Assembly (NCBI GenBank): GCA_043822705.1
Contig: JBDRBK010000135.1
Span: forward strand, 1-34,695
Direction: 5' to 3'
From: Fidelibacterota bacterium
GTDB taxonomy: Bacteria; Fidelibacterota; Marinisomatia; Marinisomatales; TCS56
Length of the DNA: 34,695 nt
This document shows, one piece after another, positions 1 through 7,845 of this stretch (position 1 is its first letter; every line of letters starts with the position of its first letter). A program made the position numbers and the translations under genes. A model generated the notes under the pieces. That model was not told the origin of the DNA. It saw only the letters and a list, made by a program, of their open reading frames with translations, and searched no databases.

Positions 1-148
1 TCATGGTTCCTCTATTGCTTGAGGAAATGGTTCAGGCCATGATTGTAATGCTCCGTCAGCTACGCTCACGCCATATTACAATCTTATTGCTATAGCTTAT
101 TAAATCCTACAAAACACGACAAGAATTAAAAATCGCGCGGGGTCTAAA

Positions 149-1078
149 TTGGAGTATCTGTTAAAGAACTACATTGTGTTTTATGATGAAATTACCTTGC
201 AAAATGGTCGATTTACTTGCACTGTGGGAGAAACAGGTGCAATTGATATGTTTGTTCCGATAGATCAAATTGATAGAACTAAAATACGATATTTTAAACC
301 AGGGGAAACCTTTAAATTGTTAATTGGTCCTATAGGTGAAGTACCCACTCAGGAAGTTTTCGGTGGTCGGGCAATTGCTTATTATGAAGTTGACTATTTC
401 CCAATTTTGAATGATGCTGAGATATCTAATGAACCTTATCTTAAGTGGATAAATGTAGATTTAAATGATCAAGATAAGAGAACTGCAAAAGAAGAGATTA
501 AAAAAGATAAAGCTGATTTAGAAAACATAGAGGGATTACCAGACTTTCGGCTATATAAAAATAAGATAATTGAAGCTTTTTATTTTGATTCATTGCTAGC
601 GTTTAGGTTAAATAAGTCATTTTTAGTGCATAAAAACATTTACCCTATTATTGATAAGAAAAATCAAAACATACAGAGATGGTATCCTTCAATTAATAAT
701 TTATTTTTTAGTAATTGGATTAAACTTGGACTGCCAGATTTTGGCAATTCTTCTTGGGAAAAAGTACATGAATTAAGACAATCAATAATTGGAAAAGATT
801 TTCGTCGGATGATATCAGACATTTCTATTCGTGTATATAACGAAATGTTCAATCTTAAGAATGTTAACGATCTAGCCAATCTAATTAACCAAGAATTCAG
901 CAAAGAGTTAATTAATGAGGTACAAATGCGAATGAAAACACAAAGCGAAATTGTACTTAATTCTGCTATTAATATGATACCTTATGGTTCTGTCATATCA
1001 GTAGCAAAGGATATTAATGATTTTCTTAATGATAAAACTAGCTGGGTTTCATTATTGTCAAAGAGTTTTTCTCTCTAA
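149..1078 (+). CDS. AT-rich hypothetical protein, probable integron gene-cassette ORF; 5' end uncertain
   Basis: 309-aa ORF with TTG start; the frame is open back to TAA at 101-103 with no ATG. Hand-counted GC is 18/60 (481-540) and 13/60 (661-720) versus 42/60 in fadN (1561-1620). Stop TAA lies in a TAAC attC-like R'' box. Confidence 0.7.
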   Translation: MEYLLKNYIVFYDEITLQNGRFTCTVGETGAIDMFVPIDQIDRTKIRYFKPGETFKLLIGPIGEVPTQEVFGGRAIAYYEVDYFPILNDAEISNEPYLKWINVDLNDQDKRTAKEEIKKDKADLENIEGLPDFRLYKNKIIEAFYFDSLLAFRLNKSFLVHKNIYPIIDKKNQNIQRWYPSINNLFFSNWIKLGLPDFGNSSWEKVHELRQSIIGKDFRRMISDISIRVYNEMFNLKNVNDLANLINQEFSKELINEVQMRMKTQSEIVLNSAINMIPYGSVISVAKDINDFLNDKTSWVSLLSKSFSL

Positions 1079-1158
1079 CAACTACTACACGAGACGTTTT
1101 TGGAATTGAAAATTTGAAATTGAAAAATACAAGCGCCCGGTGAGTTTGACTGTTAGCA
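1073..1158 (+). mobile_element. Integron attC-like recombination site (imperfect)
   Basis: R'' CTCTAAC (1073-1079); L'' ACT[A]CACG (1084-1091); L' GGTGAGT (1139-1145); 6-bp spacer; R' GTTAGCA (1152-1158). Length 86 bp. L''/L' pair with one bulged base. The R''-L'' spacer is 4 bp rather than the usual 5, and the R boxes deviate from strict RYYYAAC/GTTRRRY. Confidence 0.55.
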
Positions 1159-1205
1159 AAACTAACTACTAATAGTACTTTTTCATTCAATAAGACATGC
1201 AAGGC

Positions 1206-1241
1206 AAAAAGAATACCACCCGTTTCACCGGGTGGTATTCT
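1206..1241 (-). terminator. Rho-independent terminator of the fad operon
   Basis: 13-bp stem AGAATACCACCCG / CGGGTGGTATTCT with a 6-nt loop, followed on the minus strand by a T-run (plus-strand AAAAA 1206-1210); downstream of the fadN stop. Confidence 0.8.
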
Positions 1242-1249
1242 CTATTTAA

Positions 1250-1287
1250 GAAGGGCGCTGAAAATAAGGTAGGACTCAGCGCCCTTC
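1250..1287. repeat. Inverted repeat (12-bp stem) in the fadN 3' UTR
   Basis: GAAGGGCGCTGA (1250-1261) and TCAGCGCCCTTC (1276-1287), 14-nt loop. Confidence 0.65.
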
Positions 1288-1309
1288 GTCGACTCGTTGG
1301 GGAGGAAAG

Positions 1310-3655
1310 CTAATTTCTGAGCGGCTTGCCCGTTTTCAGCATGTGCTTCATGCGGGCCTGTGACAATGGCTCCCCGGCCAGTGACACGAAGGCCTCCCGC
1401 TCGATATCCAGCAGGTACTGTTCATCGACTTTTTTGGTCAGGCCGGCACGGTCGCCGCCGGTGAGAACCCAGGCCAGTTTCTGGCCGATCTTCTCGTCGT
1501 GGTCCGACAATTTGCCCTGCATCTTGAAACCCTTGATCGCCAGGTTCATGGCGGTGCGGCCGCCGGCGCCGGGCAGTTTGATGTCGTCCCGGTAAACGGG
1601 CGGCTGGTAGCCTTCGGCCAGTTCCAGCACCTTGTCCTTGGCGACCTTGATCAGGTGCTCGCTGTTGAGAACGATCGTATCGGTTTTAAGGAAGTAGCCC
1701 ACATATTTAGCCTCTTCGGCGCTGGTGGCGACTTTGGCAAAACCGATGGTCTGGAAGGCGTTCTGGGCGAGCTGGAAGGGGCTCTGTGGTTTTTTACCGG
1801 CATTGGCCAGCAGGTTCAGCAGCAGCCGCAGATTGCCGCCGGCCCCGGGGATCAGTCCCACGCCGACTTCCACGGCGCCGATGTAGGTTTCGGCGGAAGC
1901 CACGCGATGGGCGGCCGGGGCGGTGATTTCGAAACCGCCGCCCAGACAGAGCTGGAACGGCACTGCCACCACCGGCGCCTTGGCGAAGCGAATCCGCTGG
2001 GCGATATCCTGGAATAGTTTGCTGGTCTTTTCCAGGTTGTCGTATTCGCCGTTTTCGGCGTAGCCCAGGATCAGCGCCAGGTTGGCCCCGACCGAGAAAT
2101 TACCGTTCTGGTGACCCAGCACCATACCCTTGTAGCGGCCGGTTTCCAGCAGATCCAGGCCCTGGTTGACCATATCGAGGATCGAGCCGTCGATCGGATT
2201 GAAACCGGGCGTCAGCACCGAATGGAATTCCACATCGATGACGCCGTCGCCCAGGTCGATCAGGCTGGCGCTCCAGCCGCGCTTGATCAGGTTGCCCTTC
2301 TGCTTTTCCAGATTGAGGAAAATCGCCTTGTCGGACAGCGGCACGGCGGCGGATTTTTTAACCGGCAGGTCGTAATAGGTCTTGGCGCCGTCTTCGAAAT
2401 TGTAGAACGAAGTCCGGCCGCCGGCCAGCATTTCCGTGACCCAGGCCGGGACCGCCTTGCCCTCGGCTTTCATCCGCTCCACCGAGCGCCGCACGCCGAT
2501 GGTGTCCCAGGTTTCGAAGGGGCCCAGCTCCCAGCCGTAACCCCATTTCATGGCGTTATCGATATTGACGATATCGTCGCTGATTTCCGGGATGCGTTTG
2601 GCGGAGTAGATCAGGGTGGCGGCCAGAATTTCCCAGAAGAATTTACCGGCCTTGTCCTCACTGTAGGTCAGGGCGGCGATTTTCTCACCGATGGTCTGAC
2701 GGTCTTTAGCTAGCCGGAAGCCATCGAAACGGACCTGCTTCTGGGGTGTATATTCGCCGCTTTGCAGGTCGATCGAAAGGATATCCTTTTCGACTTTTTT
2801 ATAAAAACCGGCCTTAGTTTTCTGCCCCAGGTTGCCGGCGTCGATCAGGTTTTTCAGCACGGCGGGCACCTGGAACAGGTTCCGTTCCTCGTCACCGGCG
2901 CCTTTGTCGTAGCTGGTCTGGGCCACGTGCGCCAGGGTATCCAGTCCCACCACATCAGCGGTGCGGAAGGTGGCGCTCTTGGCCCGGCCGACGATCGTGC
3001 CGGTGAGCTTGTCCACTTCTTCCACCGTCAGGTTCATCACCTGTGCCTGCTGGATGGTTTTCATCATCCCGTAGACGCCGATCCGGTTGCCGATGAAGTT
3101 GGGCGTATCCTTGGCGTGCACGATGCCTTTGCCGAGGACATTCTCGCCGAAATCGGCGATAAAATCATAGACCTCCTGGTCGGTCTGCTCACCCTTCACC
3201 AGTTCCAGCAGCCGCATATAGCGCGGCGGGTTGAAGAAGTGGGTGATCAGGAAGCGGCTGCGGAATTTTTCCGGCAGCGTGCCCACCAGATCGGCCAGGG
3301 GAATGCCGGAGGTGTTAGAGCTGATGATGACCGTATCCTTGAGATGCGGAGCGATGTTGCCGAATACCTTCTTCTTGATATCCAGGCGTTCGGCCACCGC
3401 TTCCAGAATCCAGTCGGCTTCCTTCAGCAATTCCAGGTGGTCGTTGTAATTGCAGGGCTTGATCAGTTCGGCGTTTTTCGGTTTGTAAAGCGGGGCCGGC
3501 TTCAGTTTGCCCAAAACCTCCACGCCCTTCTCAGCCAGCTCCTGGCTGATGTCGAACAGCAGCGAGGGGATGCCGGCGTTGGCCAGGTGACCGGCCAACT
3601 GGGCGCCCATGACTCCCGCGCCCAGGACGGCTACTTTTTCAATTTTGTTGGACAT
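1310..3655 (-). CDS. fadN: 3-hydroxyacyl-CoA dehydrogenase / enoyl-CoA hydratase (FadN/YusL-type)
   Basis: N-terminal Rossmann GAGVMG, SNTSGI, catalytic HFFNPPRYMRLLE, NFIGNRIG; C-terminal crotonase domain (LGGGFE, VEVGVGLIPGAGG) ending TGKPLRN. Confidence 0.93.
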   Translation of the reverse strand: MSNKIEKVAVLGAGVMGAQLAGHLANAGIPSLLFDISQELAEKGVEVLGKLKPAPLYKPKNAELIKPCNYNDHLELLKEADWILEAVAERLDIKKKVFGNIAPHLKDTVIISSNTSGIPLADLVGTLPEKFRSRFLITHFFNPPRYMRLLELVKGEQTDQEVYDFIADFGENVLGKGIVHAKDTPNFIGNRIGVYGMMKTIQQAQVMNLTVEEVDKLTGTIVGRAKSATFRTADVVGLDTLAHVAQTSYDKGAGDEERNLFQVPAVLKNLIDAGNLGQKTKAGFYKKVEKDILSIDLQSGEYTPQKQVRFDGFRLAKDRQTIGEKIAALTYSEDKAGKFFWEILAATLIYSAKRIPEISDDIVNIDNAMKWGYGWELGPFETWDTIGVRRSVERMKAEGKAVPAWVTEMLAGGRTSFYNFEDGAKTYYDLPVKKSAAVPLSDKAIFLNLEKQKGNLIKRGWSASLIDLGDGVIDVEFHSVLTPGFNPIDGSILDMVNQGLDLLETGRYKGMVLGHQNGNFSVGANLALILGYAENGEYDNLEKTSKLFQDIAQRIRFAKAPVVAVPFQLCLGGGFEITAPAAHRVASAETYIGAVEVGVGLIPGAGGNLRLLLNLLANAGKKPQSPFQLAQNAFQTIGFAKVATSAEEAKYVGYFLKTDTIVLNSEHLIKVAKDKVLELAEGYQPPVYRDDIKLPGAGGRTAMNLAIKGFKMQGKLSDHDEKIGQKLAWVLTGGDRAGLTKKVDEQYLLDIEREAFVSLAGEPLSQARMKHMLKTGKPLRN

Positions 3656-3667
3656 GATTTTCTCCCC

Positions 3668-4798
3668 TCAACGCTTGATGATGGTGGCGATGCCCTGACC
3701 GGAACCGATGCACATCGTCGCCAGTCCGGTATGGGTATTCTGCTGTTCCATCACATTGATCAGCGTCGTCAGGATGCGGGCGCCGGAGCAGCCCAGGGGA
3801 TGGCCCAGGGCGATGGCGCCGCCGTTCAGGTTGATTTTTTTCGCATCCCAGCCGCCTTTGCGAATTACATACAGGGATTGGGCGGCGAAGGCCTCGTTCA
3901 GTTCGATCGTGTCGATGTCGCCGATTTTAAGCCCCGCTTTTGCCAGTGCTTTTTCCGTGGCGGGCAGGGGACCGGCGCCCATGCGGGTCCAATCCACCCC
4001 GGCCACCGCCCGGCTGACGATCTCGGCGCGGATTTGCAGGCCATGTTTTTTGGCGAATTCATCACTGCAGACGATCACCGCGGCGGCGCCGATGGAGATC
4101 GGGCTGGAGGTGGCGGCGGTGATTGAACCGCCTTCGAAAAAGGCCGGTTTCAGTGACTTGATTTTTTCCACATCGGGTGTCCGGGGACCTTCATCCTTGG
4201 TCACGGTGGCTTCACCGTAAACATCGATGGGGACGATTTCGTTCGTGAAATTGCCGGTGGCCTGGGCCTTCAGGGCCTTCTCATGGGAGGCGATGGCGAA
4301 TACTTCCTGGTCTTCCCGGCTGATATTCAGGTCGTTGGCCAGGTTCTCAGCGGTTTCGCCCATGCCGATGTAAAATTCCATTTCCGCCAGTTCCGGGTGG
4401 AAATCGGGGCTGAAGCCGCCCATCGGCACCGAGAACATGTCCTCCACACCGACGGCGATGCCGCAGTCGATATCACCGGCGACAATGGCGGTGCTGAGCT
4501 GGTGGACCGCATCCATCGAGGAGCCGCAGAAGCGGTTGGTGACCTTGCCGGGCACTTCCTTGGGCAAGCCGGCCAGGATGCCGACCGAGCGGCCCATGAT
4601 CATCCCCTGGGGGCCTTCCGGGAAGGCGCAGCCGAGGCTCAGATCTTCCACCAGTTCTGGTTTCAGCTTGGGATTGCGAGCCAGCAGCGCTTTGACCACC
4701 TGGGCCGCCAGATCGTCGGCACGCATGCCGACCAGTTCGCCGTTTTTAATTCCGATGGGCGAACGCATCACATCAACGATAACGGATTTCTTACTCAT
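3668..4798 (-). CDS. fadA: Acetyl-CoA C-acyltransferase (3-ketoacyl-CoA thiolase)
   Basis: NRFCGSS active Cys, NEAFAAQ, GGAIALGHPLG and MCIGSGQG motifs. Confidence 0.95.
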   Translation of the reverse strand: MSKKSVIVDVMRSPIGIKNGELVGMRADDLAAQVVKALLARNPKLKPELVEDLSLGCAFPEGPQGMIMGRSVGILAGLPKEVPGKVTNRFCGSSMDAVHQLSTAIVAGDIDCGIAVGVEDMFSVPMGGFSPDFHPELAEMEFYIGMGETAENLANDLNISREDQEVFAIASHEKALKAQATGNFTNEIVPIDVYGEATVTKDEGPRTPDVEKIKSLKPAFFEGGSITAATSSPISIGAAAVIVCSDEFAKKHGLQIRAEIVSRAVAGVDWTRMGAGPLPATEKALAKAGLKIGDIDTIELNEAFAAQSLYVIRKGGWDAKKINLNGGAIALGHPLGCSGARILTTLINVMEQQNTHTGLATMCIGSGQGIATIIKR

Positions 4799-4807
4799 GA
4801 TTCCCTC

Positions 4808-6595
4808 CTAAAATGGATAACGTTGTTGGGCATAGATAGCTTCGGCGATCTGCCGCTTGAGCCCAAGAATATCGGTTTTTGGTAACATGTGGCGCTGGAA
4901 GGTCCGCAGCTTGGCCATCACCTCCTGGGGCAGGTTACCGCGGTAGACGCCGTTCCAGCCGGCCAGGGCCATGTTCATCAACTGGATCGAAACTTCGGCG
5001 GCATGCACGCGGGCGATGTCGACCAGGGTCTGGTTCATGCCGCTGGCGGCGATGACCTGCCGGACCCGGCTGATGGTACTGTCGGCGGTGTAGATCAGGG
5101 TGAACATGTTGGCCAAAATTTCCATCAACTGCTGCTGGTGCTTAAGATCCTGCCCGTATTCGCAGAGCGCCTCGTTGAACAGGCTGGCGGCCAGCCGTTT
5201 GCCGGCTTCGATCGACTTGATTTCATCGGCGCACAGGCCGTCGGCGGCGATTTCCTCGTCGCCGTTCAGGAAGGCCTCGATCGTATTGATGTAATCGCGG
5301 ACCGGCAGCTCTTCCATCAGCGCTTTTTTCATCATGTAACCGGTGATGATCTGGCGGTTGATCTCGTTGGTGCCTTCCCAGATCCGGTCGATACGGGTAT
5401 CGCGGAAGGGTGCGGCCATCGGGTATTCTTCGCTGAAGCCGTAGCCGCCCAGAATCTGGATGCCGGTGTCGGCACAGAAACCGAATGATTCGCTGACATA
5501 GACTTTGGCCATCGAAGCTTCGATGGCGAAGCGCTCGGTGGCCTCGCCGGCCTGCAGGTAGTAATCGGGAGCTTTTTTGTCCAGTGTGTCGATTTCATCC
5601 TGGATCAGGCCGATGGTGCGATAGGCCATGCTGTCGGAGGAATAGGTGCGGATCACCATATCGGCCACCTTACCCTTGATGGCGTCGAAATGGGCGATCG
5701 GCTGTCCGAACTGCCGGCGTTCCAGCGCATATTTCACTGCTTCGCCGATCACGCCCTTGCAGCCACCCAGATCGGCCGCGGCCAGCTTGAACCGTCCCAG
5801 GTTCAGGGCATTGAAAGCGATCGTGGCGCCTTTGCCGACTTCATACAGCAGGTTCCCAACCGGTACCTTGCAGTCGGTGAATTTCAGTGCGACCGTTGAT
5901 GAACCCTTCATGCCCATCTTTTTTTCTTCGGGGCCGATCTCAAAACCGGGCATGCCGCGTTCGAGGATGAATGCCGAAAATTTCGATCCGTCGACCTGGG
6001 CGAATACGGTAAATACGGTAGCCCAGCCACCATTGGTGATAAACTGTTTTTCGCCGTTCATGATATAGTGTTGGCCGTCCTCGGACAGGATCGCGGTGGT
6101 CTTGGCCGACAGGGCGTCGGATCCGGAGCTGGGTTCGGTCAGGGCATAGGCGCCCATCCATTCGCCGGACCCCAGTTTGGGCAGGAATTTGGCTTTCTGT
6201 TCCGGTGTTCCGAACCAGACGATCGGCAGCGAGCCGATGCCGACATGAGCGGTGAAGGTGGCGGTGAAAGAGGCGTCGTAACCGCCGCTGAGCGCTTCCA
6301 CCACCAGGGCCGAGGTAATCTTGTCCAACTCCATACCGCCATACTGCTCCGGTATGTCGATCGATAAAATGCCCAGTTCGCCCAGTTCCTGAAACAGTTC
6401 AAAGGTCAGCTCTTTATTGAAGGCATCGAGCTTCTCTCGGTTGGGGCGGATCCGCTCGGCCGCGAAATCGCTGACCATCTGTAAGATTTCTTTCTGTTCA
6501 TCATTGAATTTTTCCCGGATGAAGACCGGTTTCGATCCAATGGATTCCGTCAAAAACCGACCGCCGGTGTTGCGGTAGGTCAGGTTGTCACTCAT
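4808..6595 (-). CDS. fadE: Long-form acyl-CoA dehydrogenase (FadE/YusJ-type)
   Basis: YALTEPSSGSDA, NGEKQFITNG, ERRQFGQPI, QILGGYGF, RIWEGTNEINR. Start placed at ATG 6595, which has GGAGG upstream and overlaps the tetR end. Confidence 0.93.
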   Translation of the reverse strand: MSDNLTYRNTGGRFLTESIGSKPVFIREKFNDEQKEILQMVSDFAAERIRPNREKLDAFNKELTFELFQELGELGILSIDIPEQYGGMELDKITSALVVEALSGGYDASFTATFTAHVGIGSLPIVWFGTPEQKAKFLPKLGSGEWMGAYALTEPSSGSDALSAKTTAILSEDGQHYIMNGEKQFITNGGWATVFTVFAQVDGSKFSAFILERGMPGFEIGPEEKKMGMKGSSTVALKFTDCKVPVGNLLYEVGKGATIAFNALNLGRFKLAAADLGGCKGVIGEAVKYALERRQFGQPIAHFDAIKGKVADMVIRTYSSDSMAYRTIGLIQDEIDTLDKKAPDYYLQAGEATERFAIEASMAKVYVSESFGFCADTGIQILGGYGFSEEYPMAAPFRDTRIDRIWEGTNEINRQIITGYMMKKALMEELPVRDYINTIEAFLNGDEEIAADGLCADEIKSIEAGKRLAASLFNEALCEYGQDLKHQQQLMEILANMFTLIYTADSTISRVRQVIAASGMNQTLVDIARVHAAEVSIQLMNMALAGWNGVYRGNLPQEVMAKLRTFQRHMLPKTDILGLKRQIAEAIYAQQRYPF

Positions 6596-7205
6596 TGTTG
6601 AGCCCTCCGTGGTCATCCTTGACCAGACCGGTCAGGATGAAGTTGGAAATGGTTTCGATGTACTCAGTTGCCGTAACATCGGGCACATCGAAGATCGTGA
6701 ACCAGATAATTCCTTCGATATTGACCATAATCGACAGGGCGGCGATTTTGGTATCAAGGAGGTCGAATTCCCCCAATTCGACCCCCCTGCGCAAAATGTT
6801 TTCGATTAATTTCAGAAATTCGGAATATACTTTCTGCATCTTGACCCGGACATCCACGTCGCGGGATGCCAGGGACCAGAATTCCATCAGTGCTTTGAAG
6901 GGGCGGGGATTAGTCTGGTACTGATTGGCAAAGAAGTGGAACAGTTCCCGGAGCTGGACTGCGGCCGGCTGGTTGTCTTCGACGATGTGATTGAGCGTGG
7001 CGCTGTAGCGGAAGACCCAGTGATTGACGAGTGAAAGGTATACTTCCTTCTTTGACTTATAGTACCAGTAAATGGCTCCCTTACTCAGTTGGGACGCTTG
7101 CACAATGTCATCCATCCGGCTGCTTTCATAGCCCTTCTCGACAATTACGTCCAGGGCAGCCTCCAGAATTTGCTCGCGGCGCTGATTTTCTTTGGAATTA
7201 GCCAT
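6588..7205 (-). CDS. TetR/AcrR-family transcriptional regulator (probable fad operon repressor)
   Basis: N-terminal HTH ILEAALDVIVEKGYESSRMDDIVQASQLSKGAIYWYYKSK; first gene of the operon. Confidence 0.92.
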   Translation of the reverse strand: MANSKENQRREQILEAALDVIVEKGYESSRMDDIVQASQLSKGAIYWYYKSKKEVYLSLVNHWVFRYSATLNHIVEDNQPAAVQLRELFHFFANQYQTNPRPFKALMEFWSLASRDVDVRVKMQKVYSEFLKLIENILRRGVELGEFDLLDTKIAALSIMVNIEGIIWFTIFDVPDVTATEYIETISNFILTGLVKDDHGGLNNE

Positions 7206-7212
7206 TGTATAA

Positions 7213-7226
7213 ACCGACTGGTCGGT
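7213..7226. promoter_or_regulatory. Putative TetR operator
   Basis: Palindrome ACCGAC-TG-GTCGGT between the -10 box and the tetR start codon. Confidence 0.75.
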
Positions 7227-7228
7227 CC

Positions 7229-7257
7229 ATTTTATAAAGAAGGGCTTTTATTGTCAA
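7229..7257 (-). promoter_or_regulatory. Sigma70 promoter of tetR-fadE-fadA-fadN
   Basis: Minus strand TTGACA (7257-7252), 17 bp, TAAAAT (7234-7229). Confidence 0.8.
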
Positions 7258-7333
7258 GCAAAATCGGATATCCCGGAGCGAATTCCGACGAATTTCCACT
7301 GGTGAAATTTGCTGATTGATGGAATGTTGATAT

Positions 7334-7362
7334 TTGCCTATGACCTGTCTTGTGAATAAACT
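7334..7362 (+). promoter_or_regulatory. Sigma70 promoter, probably giving a leaderless mRNA for 7369..7764
   Basis: TTGCCT (7334-7339), 17 bp, TAAACT (7357-7362), 6 bp, ATG 7369; no Shine-Dalgarno. Confidence 0.5.
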
Positions 7363-7368
7363 TTTGCC

Positions 7369-7764
7369 ATGCCAGTAACCACTTCCTTTAACAAAGACCA
7401 GGGTTTTATCTATCACCTGCTCACTGGTGATATTACCCAAAAAGAGATTATTACGGCATTTGATAACAGTCAGACCTATCCCGACCTGGCGGCGGATACG
7501 CACGTGATTTGGGAATTCCAAAATGTTCGGTTGCCCAAATTATCCGAGACGATCAGCCATGTCAAAGCGATCGCCAATTATGTCAAAAACAGCCAGTCAC
7601 TGAAACGGACCGGTTTCAAAGTAGCCCTGGTGGCCGATAATGATCTGGTATTCGGCATGTCGCGGATGTATCAGTCCGTAGCGACTTTCCTGCCGGTGCA
7701 ATTCATGGTTTTCAGGAAATATGAAGCGGCTGAAAACTGGGTGCAGGGACAGGATCAGGAATAG
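7369..7764 (+). CDS. STAS/SEC14 (SpoIIAA-like) domain protein
   Basis: 131 aa; typical pattern G.IT..EI ... KVALVADNDLVFGMSRMY ... VFRKYEAAENWV. Confidence 0.7.
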   Translation: MPVTTSFNKDQGFIYHLLTGDITQKEIITAFDNSQTYPDLAADTHVIWEFQNVRLPKLSETISHVKAIANYVKNSQSLKRTGFKVALVADNDLVFGMSRMYQSVATFLPVQFMVFRKYEAAENWVQGQDQE

Positions 7765-7845
7765 AAGAGCCCGCGTTCAGCCTTGACCAGCCGCATGTAA
7801 AATGGTTTGATTTAAAGTCCAGCAGGTGTGCCTGGGCAGGAAATT

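Noticed and set aside
160..166. GTTAAAG as the cassette's 5' recombination point (6/7 complementary to R'' CTCTAAC)
   Set aside because: It falls inside what reads as continuous coding sequence (LEYLLKNYIVFYDEI), and a 7-mer near-match is likely by chance in AT-rich DNA.
6623..6636. Second TetR operator-like sequence CCAGACCGGTCAGG upstream of fadE
   Set aside because: Only the GACCGGTC core is palindromic, it lies inside tetR coding sequence, and no promoter is evident.
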